From an uncultured delta proteobacterium (GTDB taxonomy: Bacteria > Desulfobacterota > Binatia > DP-6): a DNA stretch of 64,000 bases. The position numbers were made by a program, and so were the translations under genes. The stretch is from the NCBI GenBank assembly GCA_963815115.1, contig CAWFFN010000009.1:1184001-1248000 (forward strand). The letters are read 5' to 3'. Numbering within the stretch: position 1 is the stretch's first letter; each line of letters opens with the position of its first letter. This document shows positions 39,508-49,257 of this stretch, in pieces. The notes beneath the pieces were generated by a model. The model was not told where the DNA came from, made no database searches, and saw nothing but the letters and a program-made list of their open reading frames with translations.

Positions 39508-40653
39508 ATGTCCCTCGATTTGAGGAAGGCCGTCGCCGTCGTGGGCGTCGGCTGCACGCAGTTCGGCGAGCTCTACGAGCAGAGCGCGGAGGACCTCCTC
39601 TGCGACGCGGTCGCGGAGGCCCTCGCCGATGCCGGGTGCGAGCGCGAGCGCGTCGAGGCGGCCTGGGTGGGCACGGTGGCGTCGACCTTCGGCGGCGATG
39701 CCCTGGGCGATGCCCTCAAGCTCTTCGGCCGGCCCATCACCCGGGTGCAGAACTACTGCGCGTCGGGCATGGACGCCTTCCGCAACGCCTGCCTGGCCGT
39801 CGCCGCGGGCATGCACGACGTCGTCCTCGCCGTCGGCTTCGAGAAGATGCGGGACGGCAACCTGGGCCGGCCGAACCGCAGCCACCCCGTGCTCGACTTC
39901 GGCGAGCGCGCTCCGCACGTGTTCGCGCTCTCGGCCAACCGCTACTTCGCACAGTACGGGGCGTCGAAGAGGACGCTCGCGGCCGTGGCGGTGAAGAACC
40001 ACCAGAACGGCCTGCGCAGCCCGAAGGCGCATCTCAAGATGGCGGTCGACGAGGAGACCGTGCTGCGGGCGCCGATGATCTACAGCCCGCTCGGGCTGTT
40101 CGATTGCTGCCCGACGACCGACGGCGCCGCCGCGGCGGTGATCTGCCGGGCCGACCTGGCGAAGAAGTTCCGCGGGCAGCCCATCTGGCCGCGCGGCATC
40201 GGGCTCGCGGTGGTCTCGGGACAGCCGTACTACAAGCCGAGCTTCGGCTACGTCGGCTTCGAGGCGACCGTGCGCGCGGCCGAGGCGGCCTACGGACAGG
40301 CCGGCGTCACGCCGGAGGACGTCGACTTCGCCGAGGTCCACGACTGCTTCACCATCACGGAGATCCTGAACTACGAGGACCTCGGGTTCTGCGCCCGCGG
40401 CGAGGGAGGGCGCTTCGTCGAGGAGGGCCGCGCGTCGCTCGGTGGCGAGAAGCCGGTGAACGTCTCGGGCGGGCTCAAGGCATACGGGCATCCGGTGGGC
40501 GCGACCGGCGTGCGCATGATCTACGAGCTGGTGACCCAGCTGCGGGGCCAGGCCGGGGAGCGGCAGGTCCGCGACGCGACGATCGGGCTCGCGCACAACC
40601 TCGGCGGCCCCGGGGCCGTGTCCTGCGTCTCGATCCTGACCAACGACGCCTGA
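39508..40653 (+). CDS. Thiolase, SCP-x/LTP type
   Basis: NYCASG, DCCPTTDGAAA, EVHDCF, SGGLKAYGHPVGATG. Confidence 0.92.
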   Translation: MSLDLRKAVAVVGVGCTQFGELYEQSAEDLLCDAVAEALADAGCERERVEAAWVGTVASTFGGDALGDALKLFGRPITRVQNYCASGMDAFRNACLAVAAGMHDVVLAVGFEKMRDGNLGRPNRSHPVLDFGERAPHVFALSANRYFAQYGASKRTLAAVAVKNHQNGLRSPKAHLKMAVDEETVLRAPMIYSPLGLFDCCPTTDGAAAAVICRADLAKKFRGQPIWPRGIGLAVVSGQPYYKPSFGYVGFEATVRAAEAAYGQAGVTPEDVDFAEVHDCFTITEILNYEDLGFCARGEGGRFVEEGRASLGGEKPVNVSGGLKAYGHPVGATGVRMIYELVTQLRGQAGERQVRDATIGLAHNLGGPGAVSCVSILTNDA

Positions 40654-40780
40654 GCGAGTCGCCGCGGCTCCATCGTTCTCCCCGGCGCTTTCTCCCGAGC
40701 TTTCCAGCTGCGTTGACGTTCGCCGCGGCCCGGCATATGGGGGCCGAGCGCTCTCGCTCCGCAACCACAGGAGGCACGGC

Positions 40781-41224
40781 ATGGACACGATGCTGCCCGA
40801 GAACGTCACCGCAACCGCGCCCGCCGCGGCGCCGGCATCCGAATACGAGTTCAACGACGCCCAGAACAGGGTGTTCTCCGATCTGGGCGGTGCGATGGCA
40901 TTCGTTGCCGTCGCGCTGGTCGTGCTGGGCGCGTTCTCGATCCTCGTCGGGGGACTGGCGATCGCGGGCGGTGCCGGGAGCGACGGCGTCGCCAGCCTGG
41001 TTCAGGGTGTCGTCCTGCTGCTGATCGGCATCTGGACCCGTGGCGCCGCGGGGTCGGTGCGACAGATCGTTTCGAGCCGCGGCAGCGACGTCGCCAACCT
41101 GATGCACGCCATGGAGCACCTGGGCCGGGTGTACCGGCTGCAGCGCGTGCTCCTGCTCATCGCCATCGTCTTCCTCGTCCTCGGAATCGTGGCGGGCGCG
41201 CTCAGCCGGTTCGGCGGCCACTGA
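40781..41224 (+). CDS. Hypothetical membrane protein
   Basis: YEFNDAQN motif; three TM segments; GGAGG RBS. Confidence 0.7.
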   Translation: MDTMLPENVTATAPAAAPASEYEFNDAQNRVFSDLGGAMAFVAVALVVLGAFSILVGGLAIAGGAGSDGVASLVQGVVLLLIGIWTRGAAGSVRQIVSSRGSDVANLMHAMEHLGRVYRLQRVLLLIAIVFLVLGIVAGALSRFGGH

Positions 41225-41351
41225 TCGGCGGTCCCGCGCCGTCCCGCCTCGGGTCGCGGGGGTTTCGACGTGCAGCGGCGTTGCGCGGATCTCTCACCGC
41301 CATCGCCGGCGGGGGCGTCGCCGCTCGGCCGAGACCGTCCGGCGTGACGCC

Positions 41352-41395
41352 CCAAAAGACGCGAGGCCCCCGGGGCGCATGCCCCGGAGGCCTCG
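41352..41395 (-). terminator. Putative intrinsic terminator
   Basis: Stem cgaggcccccggggc/gccccggaggcctcg followed by a T run on the minus strand. Confidence 0.55.
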
Positions 41396-41433
41396 GCTGT
41401 TGAGTCTGAGCGACCTGACTCGCTGGGCTACGA

Positions 41434-42201
41434 TCAGTCGAGCAGGTTCTCCACCTTCTCCAGGAAGGCGCGGCTCGGCGAGCCGTACATCGTCGTGGTG
41501 GTGGTCGTGCTGGCGACGGTGCTCGTCGTCGTGCTGGTCGGTGCAGCGGTGGTGCTCGTCGTGGTCACCGTGGGGCAGATCCCCTCGTTGGTCGGCTTCT
41601 TCGCCGAGAACACCTTGGCATCGACGTTCTTGATCTTCGACTCGATTCCGAACTGCACCGAGTACCGGTCGCCGGCCCCGGCCGACGTGCCGAGCTTGAG
41701 GGCCATGCAGCCGCTCGTGCCCGAATCCGGCGGAACGACGGAGATCGTCCCGTGCTTGGCGCTGATCTTGGCCTTGATCGAGAAGGCGCCGTTCGCCGTC
41801 CGCTTGATGATCACGCTCTTGACCGGACCCTGGTCGCCCTTGCCGTCCTTGTACTTGTAGGCCACGACGGGGCTTCCGACTGACGTCCAGAACGACTTCC
41901 CGGTGCTGCTGATACCCTGAGGCAGCGGGAAGGACTGGCTGGTCGGGTTGGCGCCGTTCGCGATGACGTCGAGTATGGCTCCACCGGAGCTGCCGGCGAG
42001 AGTGGGGTTGCCGACCAGGGTGCTGCTGCTGCCCTTCTCCTTGGCCGAGCCCTTGATGCTGCGCTTGCTCGCGTCGACACCCGCGGTCGGGTCCTTCACG
42101 GTCAAGGACTTGCCGAGGATCTGCTGATCGTCGGCGTAGGCGAGGCCCGCGGCGAACGCGATTCCCCCGGCCAGCGCCACGAGCTTCGAAAACTCTCGCA
42201 T
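41434..42201 (-). CDS. Secreted protein with Thr-rich linker and GSPSRAFLE tail
   Basis: Signal peptide; GGAGG RBS; T-tract before the C-terminal motif. Confidence 0.8.
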   Translation of the reverse strand: MREFSKLVALAGGIAFAAGLAYADDQQILGKSLTVKDPTAGVDASKRSIKGSAKEKGSSSTLVGNPTLAGSSGGAILDVIANGANPTSQSFPLPQGISSTGKSFWTSVGSPVVAYKYKDGKGDQGPVKSVIIKRTANGAFSIKAKISAKHGTISVVPPDSGTSGCMALKLGTSAGAGDRYSVQFGIESKIKNVDAKVFSAKKPTNEGICPTVTTTSTTAAPTSTTTSTVASTTTTTTMYGSPSRAFLEKVENLLD

Positions 42202-42337
42202 GTGCTTCCCTCCCTCGTTTTGCTCAGGCCGCAGGTCTCGTCGCGGCAGCTCGGATTACTCGTCGGAGCAAGCGCCTATCGTTTCGCGGCGTCCCTTGTC
42301 AAGGAAATTGCACTACGCATGCTTGAATTGCTCCGGG

Positions 42338-42799
42338 TCACGTTTTCGACGCGCCGCGGGGTCGGAGATCGAGATCCGGGGGTGGAGCGTCGGGAAGCTT
42401 CCAGTAGATGTACGGCTTCTCCTTCAGCTCGTGGTATGCGTTCGCGGCCTCGATCGCCGCTTGGAACGCGCGATCGAAGGCGGTGAAATCCTTCTGCTCG
42501 ATCGTCGCCTCGAGCGGCTTCCAGTTCTCCGCCAGGTACTGGTTGATCGCGGCCTCGTGCTTGGGGCGCATGAAGGCCCCCATCTCGAACAGGCCGATGA
42601 TCTCCTTGTACTGGAACTTTGCCATAGGCCAGTTGGCGAGCTTGGCGGCGTAGTACAGCTTCCAGGTGCGCGCGCCGATCTCCGGCATGATGCGGGCGAG
42701 GCCTGGCTGGATCGTCGCCATGTCCTCGATCGTCATCGAGTTCTTGCCGCTCCAGAAGGTCATCGCCTTGACCTTCTCCTCGAGCTCCTTCTCGTTCAT
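42338..42799 (-). CDS. Cytochrome-like four-helix-bundle protein with degenerate heme motif
   Basis: PGLARIM...KLYYAA..NWPMA...ANAYHE. Confidence 0.6.
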   Translation of the reverse strand: MNEKELEEKVKAMTFWSGKNSMTIEDMATIQPGLARIMPEIGARTWKLYYAAKLANWPMAKFQYKEIIGLFEMGAFMRPKHEAAINQYLAENWKPLEATIEQKDFTAFDRAFQAAIEAANAYHELKEKPYIYWKLPDAPPPDLDLRPRGASKT

Positions 42800-42887
42800 G
42801 AGTGATCTCCCAGCATGGTTGCAGGCGCGTTCAGCGCCCGGGTGGTTCCTGGATTGAATGGTGCCGGGCCGTGGGAGGCAGTTCTGA

Positions 42888-44306
42888 CTACCAGCCCAGG
42901 GGCCAGCGAGGGTGCCACGGGCGCTCGCGCTCGAAGGCGCGCCCTACCTGCAGCGCGAGGTCGTCGCGGTGTCGCTGGGCGACGATCTGCATGCCGACGG
43001 GAAGCCCTCGCCGCGACATTCCGGCGCGGACGGTGGCTGCCGGATGCCAGGAGAGGTTGAAGGGGATGGTGAAGGAGCCGACGTTCGACCACGGCTGCGG
43101 TCGGCCTTCCGTCTCCGTGGGGTAGGGCCCCGGAGCGGGGTAGGGATCGAAGGGGACGGTGGGCATGACCAGCACGTCGTAGCGATCGAACGCGTCGGCG
43201 CACCAGACGTTCAAGTCGGCGCGCAGCTTGGCCAGCATGGCCCACTGCACCTGGCTCATCTGCGCCGTCGTCCTGAATCCGGCGAGCAGCCCCCGGCCGA
43301 CGAGTTCCTCGCGACCCTCCAGGTGCTCGTGCAGGCGAGCCCCGAGCAGGAATGCGCCGAGAAGTCCCCACGGCCGGCCGAGCTCGGGCGGCCCGCCCTC
43401 CAGCCGCGAGACGCGATGGCCGAGGCGCCCCAGAACACCGACGGCATCCTCGACGATCTCCGCCACGTCCGATTGCACCACCGCATAGCCGAGGTCCGGC
43501 GAGAACCCGATGCGCAGCCCGGAAGGCAGGGGCTCTGCTACCTTCGCGGCATAGGAGTAGCCTGGCTCCGGCAAGCTGTACGGATCGATCGGCGAGAATC
43601 CCGCCACCTGATCCAGGAACAGCGCCGCGTCCGCGACCGTCTTGGTGAGCGGCCCGTAGACCGCGGTTGCGCCGTATTCCCACAGGTCCTCGGGCTCGTG
43701 CGGGATGCGCCCGAAGGAGGTCTTCAGGCCGAAGCAGCCGGTGAAGCTCGCCGGGATGCGGATCGAGCCGCCGCCGTCGCTCGCGGTGACCAGCGGGAGC
43801 ACCGCCGCCGCCATCGCGGCGGACGAGCCGCCGCTCGAGCCGCCGGGGCTCAGCGCGAGGTCCCAGGGAGAGCGCGTGACGCCGTAGATGCGGTTCTTGG
43901 TGTACGCGGGCGCACCGAACTCGGGCGCGTTCGTCTTGCCGACGACGATGGCGCCGGCGGCCTTGAGGCGCGCCACCTGGACCGAGTCGTCGGCTGCGAT
44001 GCGCTCCGCGAACAGCGGCGACGCCTCGGTCGCCGGCAGCCCGGCGGCGTGCTCGAGCTCCTTCACGCCCAGCGGGATGCCCTCGAGCGGCCGTCCCTCG
44101 CCGCGCAGGATGCGCGCCTCGGAGGCCCGGGCGTCGGCCAGGCAGGCATCGGGGTCGCGCAGCGAGCAGATCGCGTTCAGGTCGCCGTCGGTCTCGTCGA
44201 TGCGGGCGAGCACGGCGTGCATGAGCTCGACCGGCGAGGCCCGGCGGGCCCGCAGCGTGTCACACAGCTCGACCAGGGTGAGGGTGAGCAGTTCGGAGAC
44301 CGGCAT
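42888..44306 (-). CDS. Amidase (amidase-signature family)
   Basis: GKTNAPEF, PGGSSGGS, SDGGGSIRIPAS. Confidence 0.95.
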   Translation of the reverse strand: MPVSELLTLTLVELCDTLRARRASPVELMHAVLARIDETDGDLNAICSLRDPDACLADARASEARILRGEGRPLEGIPLGVKELEHAAGLPATEASPLFAERIAADDSVQVARLKAAGAIVVGKTNAPEFGAPAYTKNRIYGVTRSPWDLALSPGGSSGGSSAAMAAAVLPLVTASDGGGSIRIPASFTGCFGLKTSFGRIPHEPEDLWEYGATAVYGPLTKTVADAALFLDQVAGFSPIDPYSLPEPGYSYAAKVAEPLPSGLRIGFSPDLGYAVVQSDVAEIVEDAVGVLGRLGHRVSRLEGGPPELGRPWGLLGAFLLGARLHEHLEGREELVGRGLLAGFRTTAQMSQVQWAMLAKLRADLNVWCADAFDRYDVLVMPTVPFDPYPAPGPYPTETEGRPQPWSNVGSFTIPFNLSWHPAATVRAGMSRRGLPVGMQIVAQRHRDDLALQVGRAFERERPWHPRWPLGW

Positions 44307-44347
44307 CGCGGGGTGGTTACCACCAGCGAGGGCGAGGGGGAAGAGCG

Positions 44348-44637
44348 CGACCCGAGACTTCGTCTCGGGTCGGAAGCGGAGGCGAGCGTGTGGCGTTCGG
44401 TGAAGCGAGCGGACGCCGTGCCGCGGCCGGCGAAGCCGGCGCGGCAAACCTAGGCACGCCCGAGGCTATTCGCCCAACCCGCCGTGCGCCGCCCGCGAGC
44501 GTGACGTCTCAGCTACAGCTCGCGCTCCGGAACGTCTGCCGCGGCGGCTTCGCCGCCCGCGGCACGCCGTCCGCACCGTGCATCCCGTCTCACGCTCGCT
44601 CTCCCTCCCGACCCGAGACGAAGTCTCGGGTCGGGAG
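44348..44637. repeat. REP/MITE-like element: ~100-bp imperfect inverted repeats, each ending in a palindrome
   Basis: cgacccgagacttcgtctcgggtcg at 44348-44372 and its inverted copy at 44605-44637; similarity extends ~100 bp inward. Confidence 0.75.
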
Positions 44638-45648
44638 CTATTCCCGGAGCAGCACGTCGAGGGCGAAGCGCATCCGCTTCAGCGCCCGGCCGAGGGCGTT
44701 GCGGTGGATGTTCCGGCGCAGCGCCACGAGCGCCTTCCGCTGCAGGCCGTAGCGCAGCGGCGCCTGGCGTTTGAGCGGGACCGGCGCGCCCCTCGCCGCC
44801 TCGAGCTGAGCGACGATCCGCTCGCGCGGGTAGCCGAGGGTGATGAGATCGGCGGGGTCGAGCTCGTCGAGGACCCGGCCGACGAGCGCCAGCGTGTCGG
44901 GACTCGACGCGATCTCTGCGGCCCACTTGCTCACCGAGCTGGTCACCGGCCGGGTGTGGCGTGCGACGCCCGTCGGGTCGCCGAGACCCTCGAAGGCCTC
45001 GCCGCTCTCGCCGTAGCGGATCATCGCTTCCTCGAACGGCACGCCGAGGTGCTCGCAGATGCGCCGCACGCTGGCCTCGGGCTCCTCCACCAGCTCCTCG
45101 TACTTCACCCACACGCGCGGCACCGGGGGCTCTCGCACCATGCGGGCCAGCTCGGGCACGTAGCGCTGCAGGATGGGATTGTGATCGAGCGCCACGTGGT
45201 AGTCGCCGGCGAAGAACGACTCGACGTACGACGACAGCACGGCGAGCGGATGCCGGGTCAGCACGACGTACTTCGCGCCGGGATAGAGCCGCGTGAGAAA
45301 GGGCAGCACGAGCGCGTACGCCGGTGTCTTGTCGAGGAACAGGCGCTTCCCCGCCGGCGCCCGCTCCATCAGCTGGGCGTACATCGCGTCGGTGTAGGCG
45401 CGGAGCGCGTCGAGGTATCCGGCCTCGTGGCGTGGAATCTCCTCGACGACTTCCCGGATCGCCTGCTCGACGTTGTTGGCGTCGTAGGGCGCCTTCTGCA
45501 CCTTCCCGAAGTAGCCGAGGTGCGCGATCGGCGTGATCAGGTGCGGCTCGGCACGGCCGTGGATCTGCGAATGCGCGCTCAGCATGCGCGCCAGGAGCGT
45601 GGTCCCCGAGCGTGGCGCTCCGATCAGGAAGATGAGCCGATCCTGCAT
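44638..45648 (-). CDS. Sulfotransferase family protein
   Basis: GAPRSGTTLL (5'-PSB), DKTP, RHPLAVLSS (3'-PB), YEELV. Confidence 0.92.
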   Translation of the reverse strand: MQDRLIFLIGAPRSGTTLLARMLSAHSQIHGRAEPHLITPIAHLGYFGKVQKAPYDANNVEQAIREVVEEIPRHEAGYLDALRAYTDAMYAQLMERAPAGKRLFLDKTPAYALVLPFLTRLYPGAKYVVLTRHPLAVLSSYVESFFAGDYHVALDHNPILQRYVPELARMVREPPVPRVWVKYEELVEEPEASVRRICEHLGVPFEEAMIRYGESGEAFEGLGDPTGVARHTRPVTSSVSKWAAEIASSPDTLALVGRVLDELDPADLITLGYPRERIVAQLEAARGAPVPLKRQAPLRYGLQRKALVALRRNIHRNALGRALKRMRFALDVLLRE

Positions 45649-45654
45649 CGCGCC

Positions 45655-47187
45655 CTATCGCCCGGTCTCGTGCGCACGCGCCCAGCGCTCGCGCAGGAGC
45701 GTCTTCTGCACCTGGCGCGTCGACGCCGTGCGTGGCAGGGCGTCGAGGACCAGCACGTGGCGCGGCTTCTTGTAGCCGGCCAGCCGGGTGCGCACGTGCC
45801 CGACCACCTCGTCCTCGCCCAGCGCCGCTCCCGCCTGCGCTACGACGGCCGCGACGACGATCTCGCCCCAGCGTTCGTCGGGAACGCCGAAGACCGCGGC
45901 CTCGGCGACCGCGGGGTGCTCCAGCAGGCAGCGCTCGACCTCGGCCGGATACACGTTCTCGCCTCCGCACTTGATCATCTCGCGGACCCGACCGGCGATG
46001 TGGAGGAAGCCGTCGCCGTCGAAGGTGCCGAGGTCGCCGGTATGGAGCCAGCCGTCGCGCAACGCCTCGGCCGTCGCGTCCGGCATGCGCCAGTAGCCCA
46101 GCATCGTGAACTCGCTGCGGCAGACGATCTCGCCGACGTCGCCCGTGCCGGCGCGGGCTCCGTCGGCGCCGACGAGCGACACGTCCACGTTGACGACGGG
46201 GCGCCCGACCGAGGTCGGCTTGCGCAGCACGTCGCGCGGCCGCAGCGTCGCGATCGGACCCGCCTCGCTCTGGCCGTAGGCGACGAACAGGTTCGGGTTG
46301 CGGAAGCGCTCGACGATGGCGCGCACCTGTCCCTCGGTCATCACCGACGTCCCGCTGCCGAGCGCGCGCAACGACGACAGGTCGGCGCGGTCGAACCCGG
46401 GCAGTGAGAGCACGGAATCGAAGAGGGTGGGGATGAGGTACAGGTAGGTGACGCGCTCGTGGCCGACCAGGCGCAGGATCTCGCCGGGATCGGCACGCTC
46501 CATCAGGATGACGCATCCCCCGTTCGCCCAGTAGCCGAGCGGCATCGCCCAGCCGCCCATGTGAAACATGGGGAACATGCACAGCCCGACGTCGTCCTCG
46601 CCGAGCCCCGTCGTGCCCTGGGTCTGCGCCGCCTGCAGCACGTAGCTGCGGTGCGAGAGCAGGGCGCCCTTGGGATCGCCGGTGGTGCCGCTGGTGTAGA
46701 GCATGACGTGCGGGTCGCGCTCCTCGACGTCGGACTCCGGCTCGGCGTCGCTGGCGCGCGCCAGGAGATGCGCCGCGCTGCCGGTGTGCTCGCCGTCGAG
46801 CGCGATCACGTGTCGCAGCGTCGGCAGGTCGGGCCCCAGCGAGCGCGCCATGTCCTCGAAGTCGCGCGCGACGAGGAGCACGGCTGCCTCCGACTGCGCG
46901 AGCGCGTAGCGCACCTCGTCCGCCTTCCAGCGGAAGTTGAGCGGCACGTGAATCGCCCCCAGCTTGGCGGCGGCGAAGTAGAGCGCGGGGTACTCGAGCC
47001 GGTTCATGGCGAGGGTGGCGACCCGGTCGCCACGAGCCACCCCGAGCCCGCGCAGCGCGTGCGCGAACCGGTTCGCCAGCGCGTTCAGCTGGCCATAGGT
47101 GACCCGAGCCGCCCCGATGACGTAGGCCGTGCGCTCGTGCCGGTGGCGTGCCTGGCGGCGGACGATCTCCCCGAGCAGCAGCGCCAT
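45655..47187 (-). CDS. Acyl-CoA synthetase (AMP-binding)
   Basis: YTSGTTGDPKG, YGQSE, GWLHTGD. Confidence 0.95.
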   Translation of the reverse strand: MALLLGEIVRRQARHRHERTAYVIGAARVTYGQLNALANRFAHALRGLGVARGDRVATLAMNRLEYPALYFAAAKLGAIHVPLNFRWKADEVRYALAQSEAAVLLVARDFEDMARSLGPDLPTLRHVIALDGEHTGSAAHLLARASDAEPESDVEERDPHVMLYTSGTTGDPKGALLSHRSYVLQAAQTQGTTGLGEDDVGLCMFPMFHMGGWAMPLGYWANGGCVILMERADPGEILRLVGHERVTYLYLIPTLFDSVLSLPGFDRADLSSLRALGSGTSVMTEGQVRAIVERFRNPNLFVAYGQSEAGPIATLRPRDVLRKPTSVGRPVVNVDVSLVGADGARAGTGDVGEIVCRSEFTMLGYWRMPDATAEALRDGWLHTGDLGTFDGDGFLHIAGRVREMIKCGGENVYPAEVERCLLEHPAVAEAAVFGVPDERWGEIVVAAVVAQAGAALGEDEVVGHVRTRLAGYKKPRHVLVLDALPRTASTRQVQKTLLRERWARAHETGR

Positions 47188-47226
47188 GGCCGGGCTTCGT
47201 AGCAGGAAGCCCGGCCGCGCGCGACG

Positions 47227-48150
47227 TCAGAAGATGGTGGTCGTCGACGTGCTGCTGGTCGTGGTCTGGCCAGCGATCGTCGTGGTGCTCGTGCTCGAGG
47301 TCGTGTTGGTGGTGGTCGTGGTGCTGGTGGTGGGCGTGCAGAGACTTTCCGCGTCCCTGTCGTCGGCGCACGCGTCCGAGGACTCGCACTGGGAACAGCA
47401 GGCGAGGTAGGTGATCGACGGGTTCTCGGCGTCAGCCGCGCAGGTCTGCCGCAGCTGGGCGCACTGGGCGTTGCGGCAGGCACGCTGGCAGAGGTTGAGC
47501 GCGTCCAGGTCGCCCTTGCAGGCGGTGTCGCACTGGTCGAAGCACCTGCCGACGACGGTCCGGATGCACCGCTGCTGGCAATTGCATCCCGGCGGCACGC
47601 CGCTCGACTGCTGCGGCACGGCGGCGGTCGTCTCGACGGCCGGCTTCACCGCCGAACTGCTGCCACCTTCGGTCTTGCAGGCCCGCTCGCACTGCCGGCG
47701 CACCCTCTTCGCCGTCGCGAAGTAGTTCGGATCGGCGCCGCAGGCCACCTGGCGGCACACGGCCCGCACCTGATTCCTGAAGCGCTGCTGACAGATCTGC
47801 CTCTGCGCGTCGCGCTGGGCGCGGCACCCTCTCACGCAGGTGAGATTGAGCGCGCACACGCCGGGTTTCGGGCTCGCGCACTGGCCGGTACAGGTGGAGA
47901 AGAACGGCGGGTCGCAGTCGCCCCCGATGCAGCCGAGGCAGGAGTCGAGGCCGTCGACCGCGTCGGCGAGCTGATCGGAGCATCCGGCGCAGTCCGGGCA
48001 TTTGAGACACACGGACGGCTCGTTCACCGCGTCCTGGAAGTCCTCGCGGCAGGTCTGGCGGCAGTCCCTGACGTCGCTGCTGGCGGCTCCGGATGTCGTC
48101 GCGATCCACAGCACGAGCCCCACCACCGCCCACCCGAGCGACCCACGCAT
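47227..48150 (-). CDS. Secreted Cys-rich protein with Thr-rich C-terminus
   Basis: Signal peptide; many CxxxC; terminal T-tract. Confidence 0.75.
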   Translation of the reverse strand: MRGSLGWAVVGLVLWIATTSGAASSDVRDCRQTCREDFQDAVNEPSVCLKCPDCAGCSDQLADAVDGLDSCLGCIGGDCDPPFFSTCTGQCASPKPGVCALNLTCVRGCRAQRDAQRQICQQRFRNQVRAVCRQVACGADPNYFATAKRVRRQCERACKTEGGSSSAVKPAVETTAAVPQQSSGVPPGCNCQQRCIRTVVGRCFDQCDTACKGDLDALNLCQRACRNAQCAQLRQTCAADAENPSITYLACCSQCESSDACADDRDAESLCTPTTSTTTTTNTTSSTSTTTIAGQTTTSSTSTTTIF

Positions 48151-48291
48151 GGAGGAAACCATGAAGGTCGCCGGGCATGCCGTCAAACGTGGCCCTCCGA
48201 CGGCGTACGATCGGGCGTTCGATTGACACTCGCAAGGAACGCATGTTAGCCGGGCGCCCTCTGCGCCAGGAAGGTTAGTCCGGAGGTTCGC

Positions 48292-49248
48292 ATGGGAAAG
48301 CTGCTCGAGGGCAAGGTCGCGGTCGTCACCGGTTCGGGCCGGGGCATCGGCCGGGGCATCGCGCTGGCGCTCGGCGCCGAGGGCGCGAAGGTGGTGGTCA
48401 ACGACGTCGGCTGCGCGACCGACGGCCGCGGCACCGACGCCGATCCCGCCGCCCAGGTGTGCAAGGAGCTGAAGGGCCTCGGGACCGAGGGCGCACCCAG
48501 CTACGACAGCGTCGCCGAGTTCGACAGCGCGGGCAAGATCATCAAGACCGCCCTCGACGCGTGGGGCCGCTGCGACATCCTGGTCAACAACGCCGGCATC
48601 CTGCGCGACAAGCAGCTCGTCAACATGTCGCCCGAGGACTTCGACGCCGTGCTGAAGGTGCACCTGTACGGCGGCTTCAACTGCTGCCGGCACGCGCTGC
48701 CGGTGATGCGCGAGCAGGGCTACGGACGCATCGTCAACATCGTGTCGAGCGCGGGGCTGCGCGGCAACTTTGGCCAGGCGAACTACGGCGCCGGCAAGGC
48801 CGCGCTGATGGGCCTCACCTTCGTGATCGCCGTCGAGCACATGAAGGGCAACGCCGAGGGCAAGTACTCGATCACGGCCAATGCGCTGGCGCCGGCCGGC
48901 ATGACCCGCATGGTCGGTCAGATTCCCGGCATGGAGGGCCGCCCGGTGCCGCCCGAGATGAATCCGGACCTGAACGGCCCCATGGTCGCGTATCTCGCCT
49001 CCGAGGAGGCGCGCCACGTGAACGGCCAGGTGTTCGGGCGGCGCGGCTACGCGTTCACGCTCTTCCAGACGCCGAAGCCCATCGCGGCCCTCTACAAGGA
49101 GGGCGGCTGGACGGCGGGTGAGATCGCGAAGAACTTCGACGCCGCGTTCCTCGACCACCTGAACGTGCCCGGCATTCCCATGACCGCGGCGATGAAGGAG
49201 GCGGCCGCGAAGGCGGCCGCAGCCAAGAGCGCCGCCGGAAAGAGCTGA
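48292..49248 (+). CDS. SDR oxidoreductase (MFE-2/3-hydroxyacyl-CoA dehydrogenase-like)
   Basis: TGSGRGIG, NNAGILRD, YGAGK. Confidence 0.93.
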   Translation: MGKLLEGKVAVVTGSGRGIGRGIALALGAEGAKVVVNDVGCATDGRGTDADPAAQVCKELKGLGTEGAPSYDSVAEFDSAGKIIKTALDAWGRCDILVNNAGILRDKQLVNMSPEDFDAVLKVHLYGGFNCCRHALPVMREQGYGRIVNIVSSAGLRGNFGQANYGAGKAALMGLTFVIAVEHMKGNAEGKYSITANALAPAGMTRMVGQIPGMEGRPVPPEMNPDLNGPMVAYLASEEARHVNGQVFGRRGYAFTLFQTPKPIAALYKEGGWTAGEIAKNFDAAFLDHLNVPGIPMTAAMKEAAAKAAAAKSAAGKS

Positions 49249-49257
49249 GGACGCGCC

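Noticed and set aside
38263-40854. 863-aa and 679-aa overlapping ORFs
   Set aside because: High-GC antisense extensions of the divergent LLM and thiolase genes.
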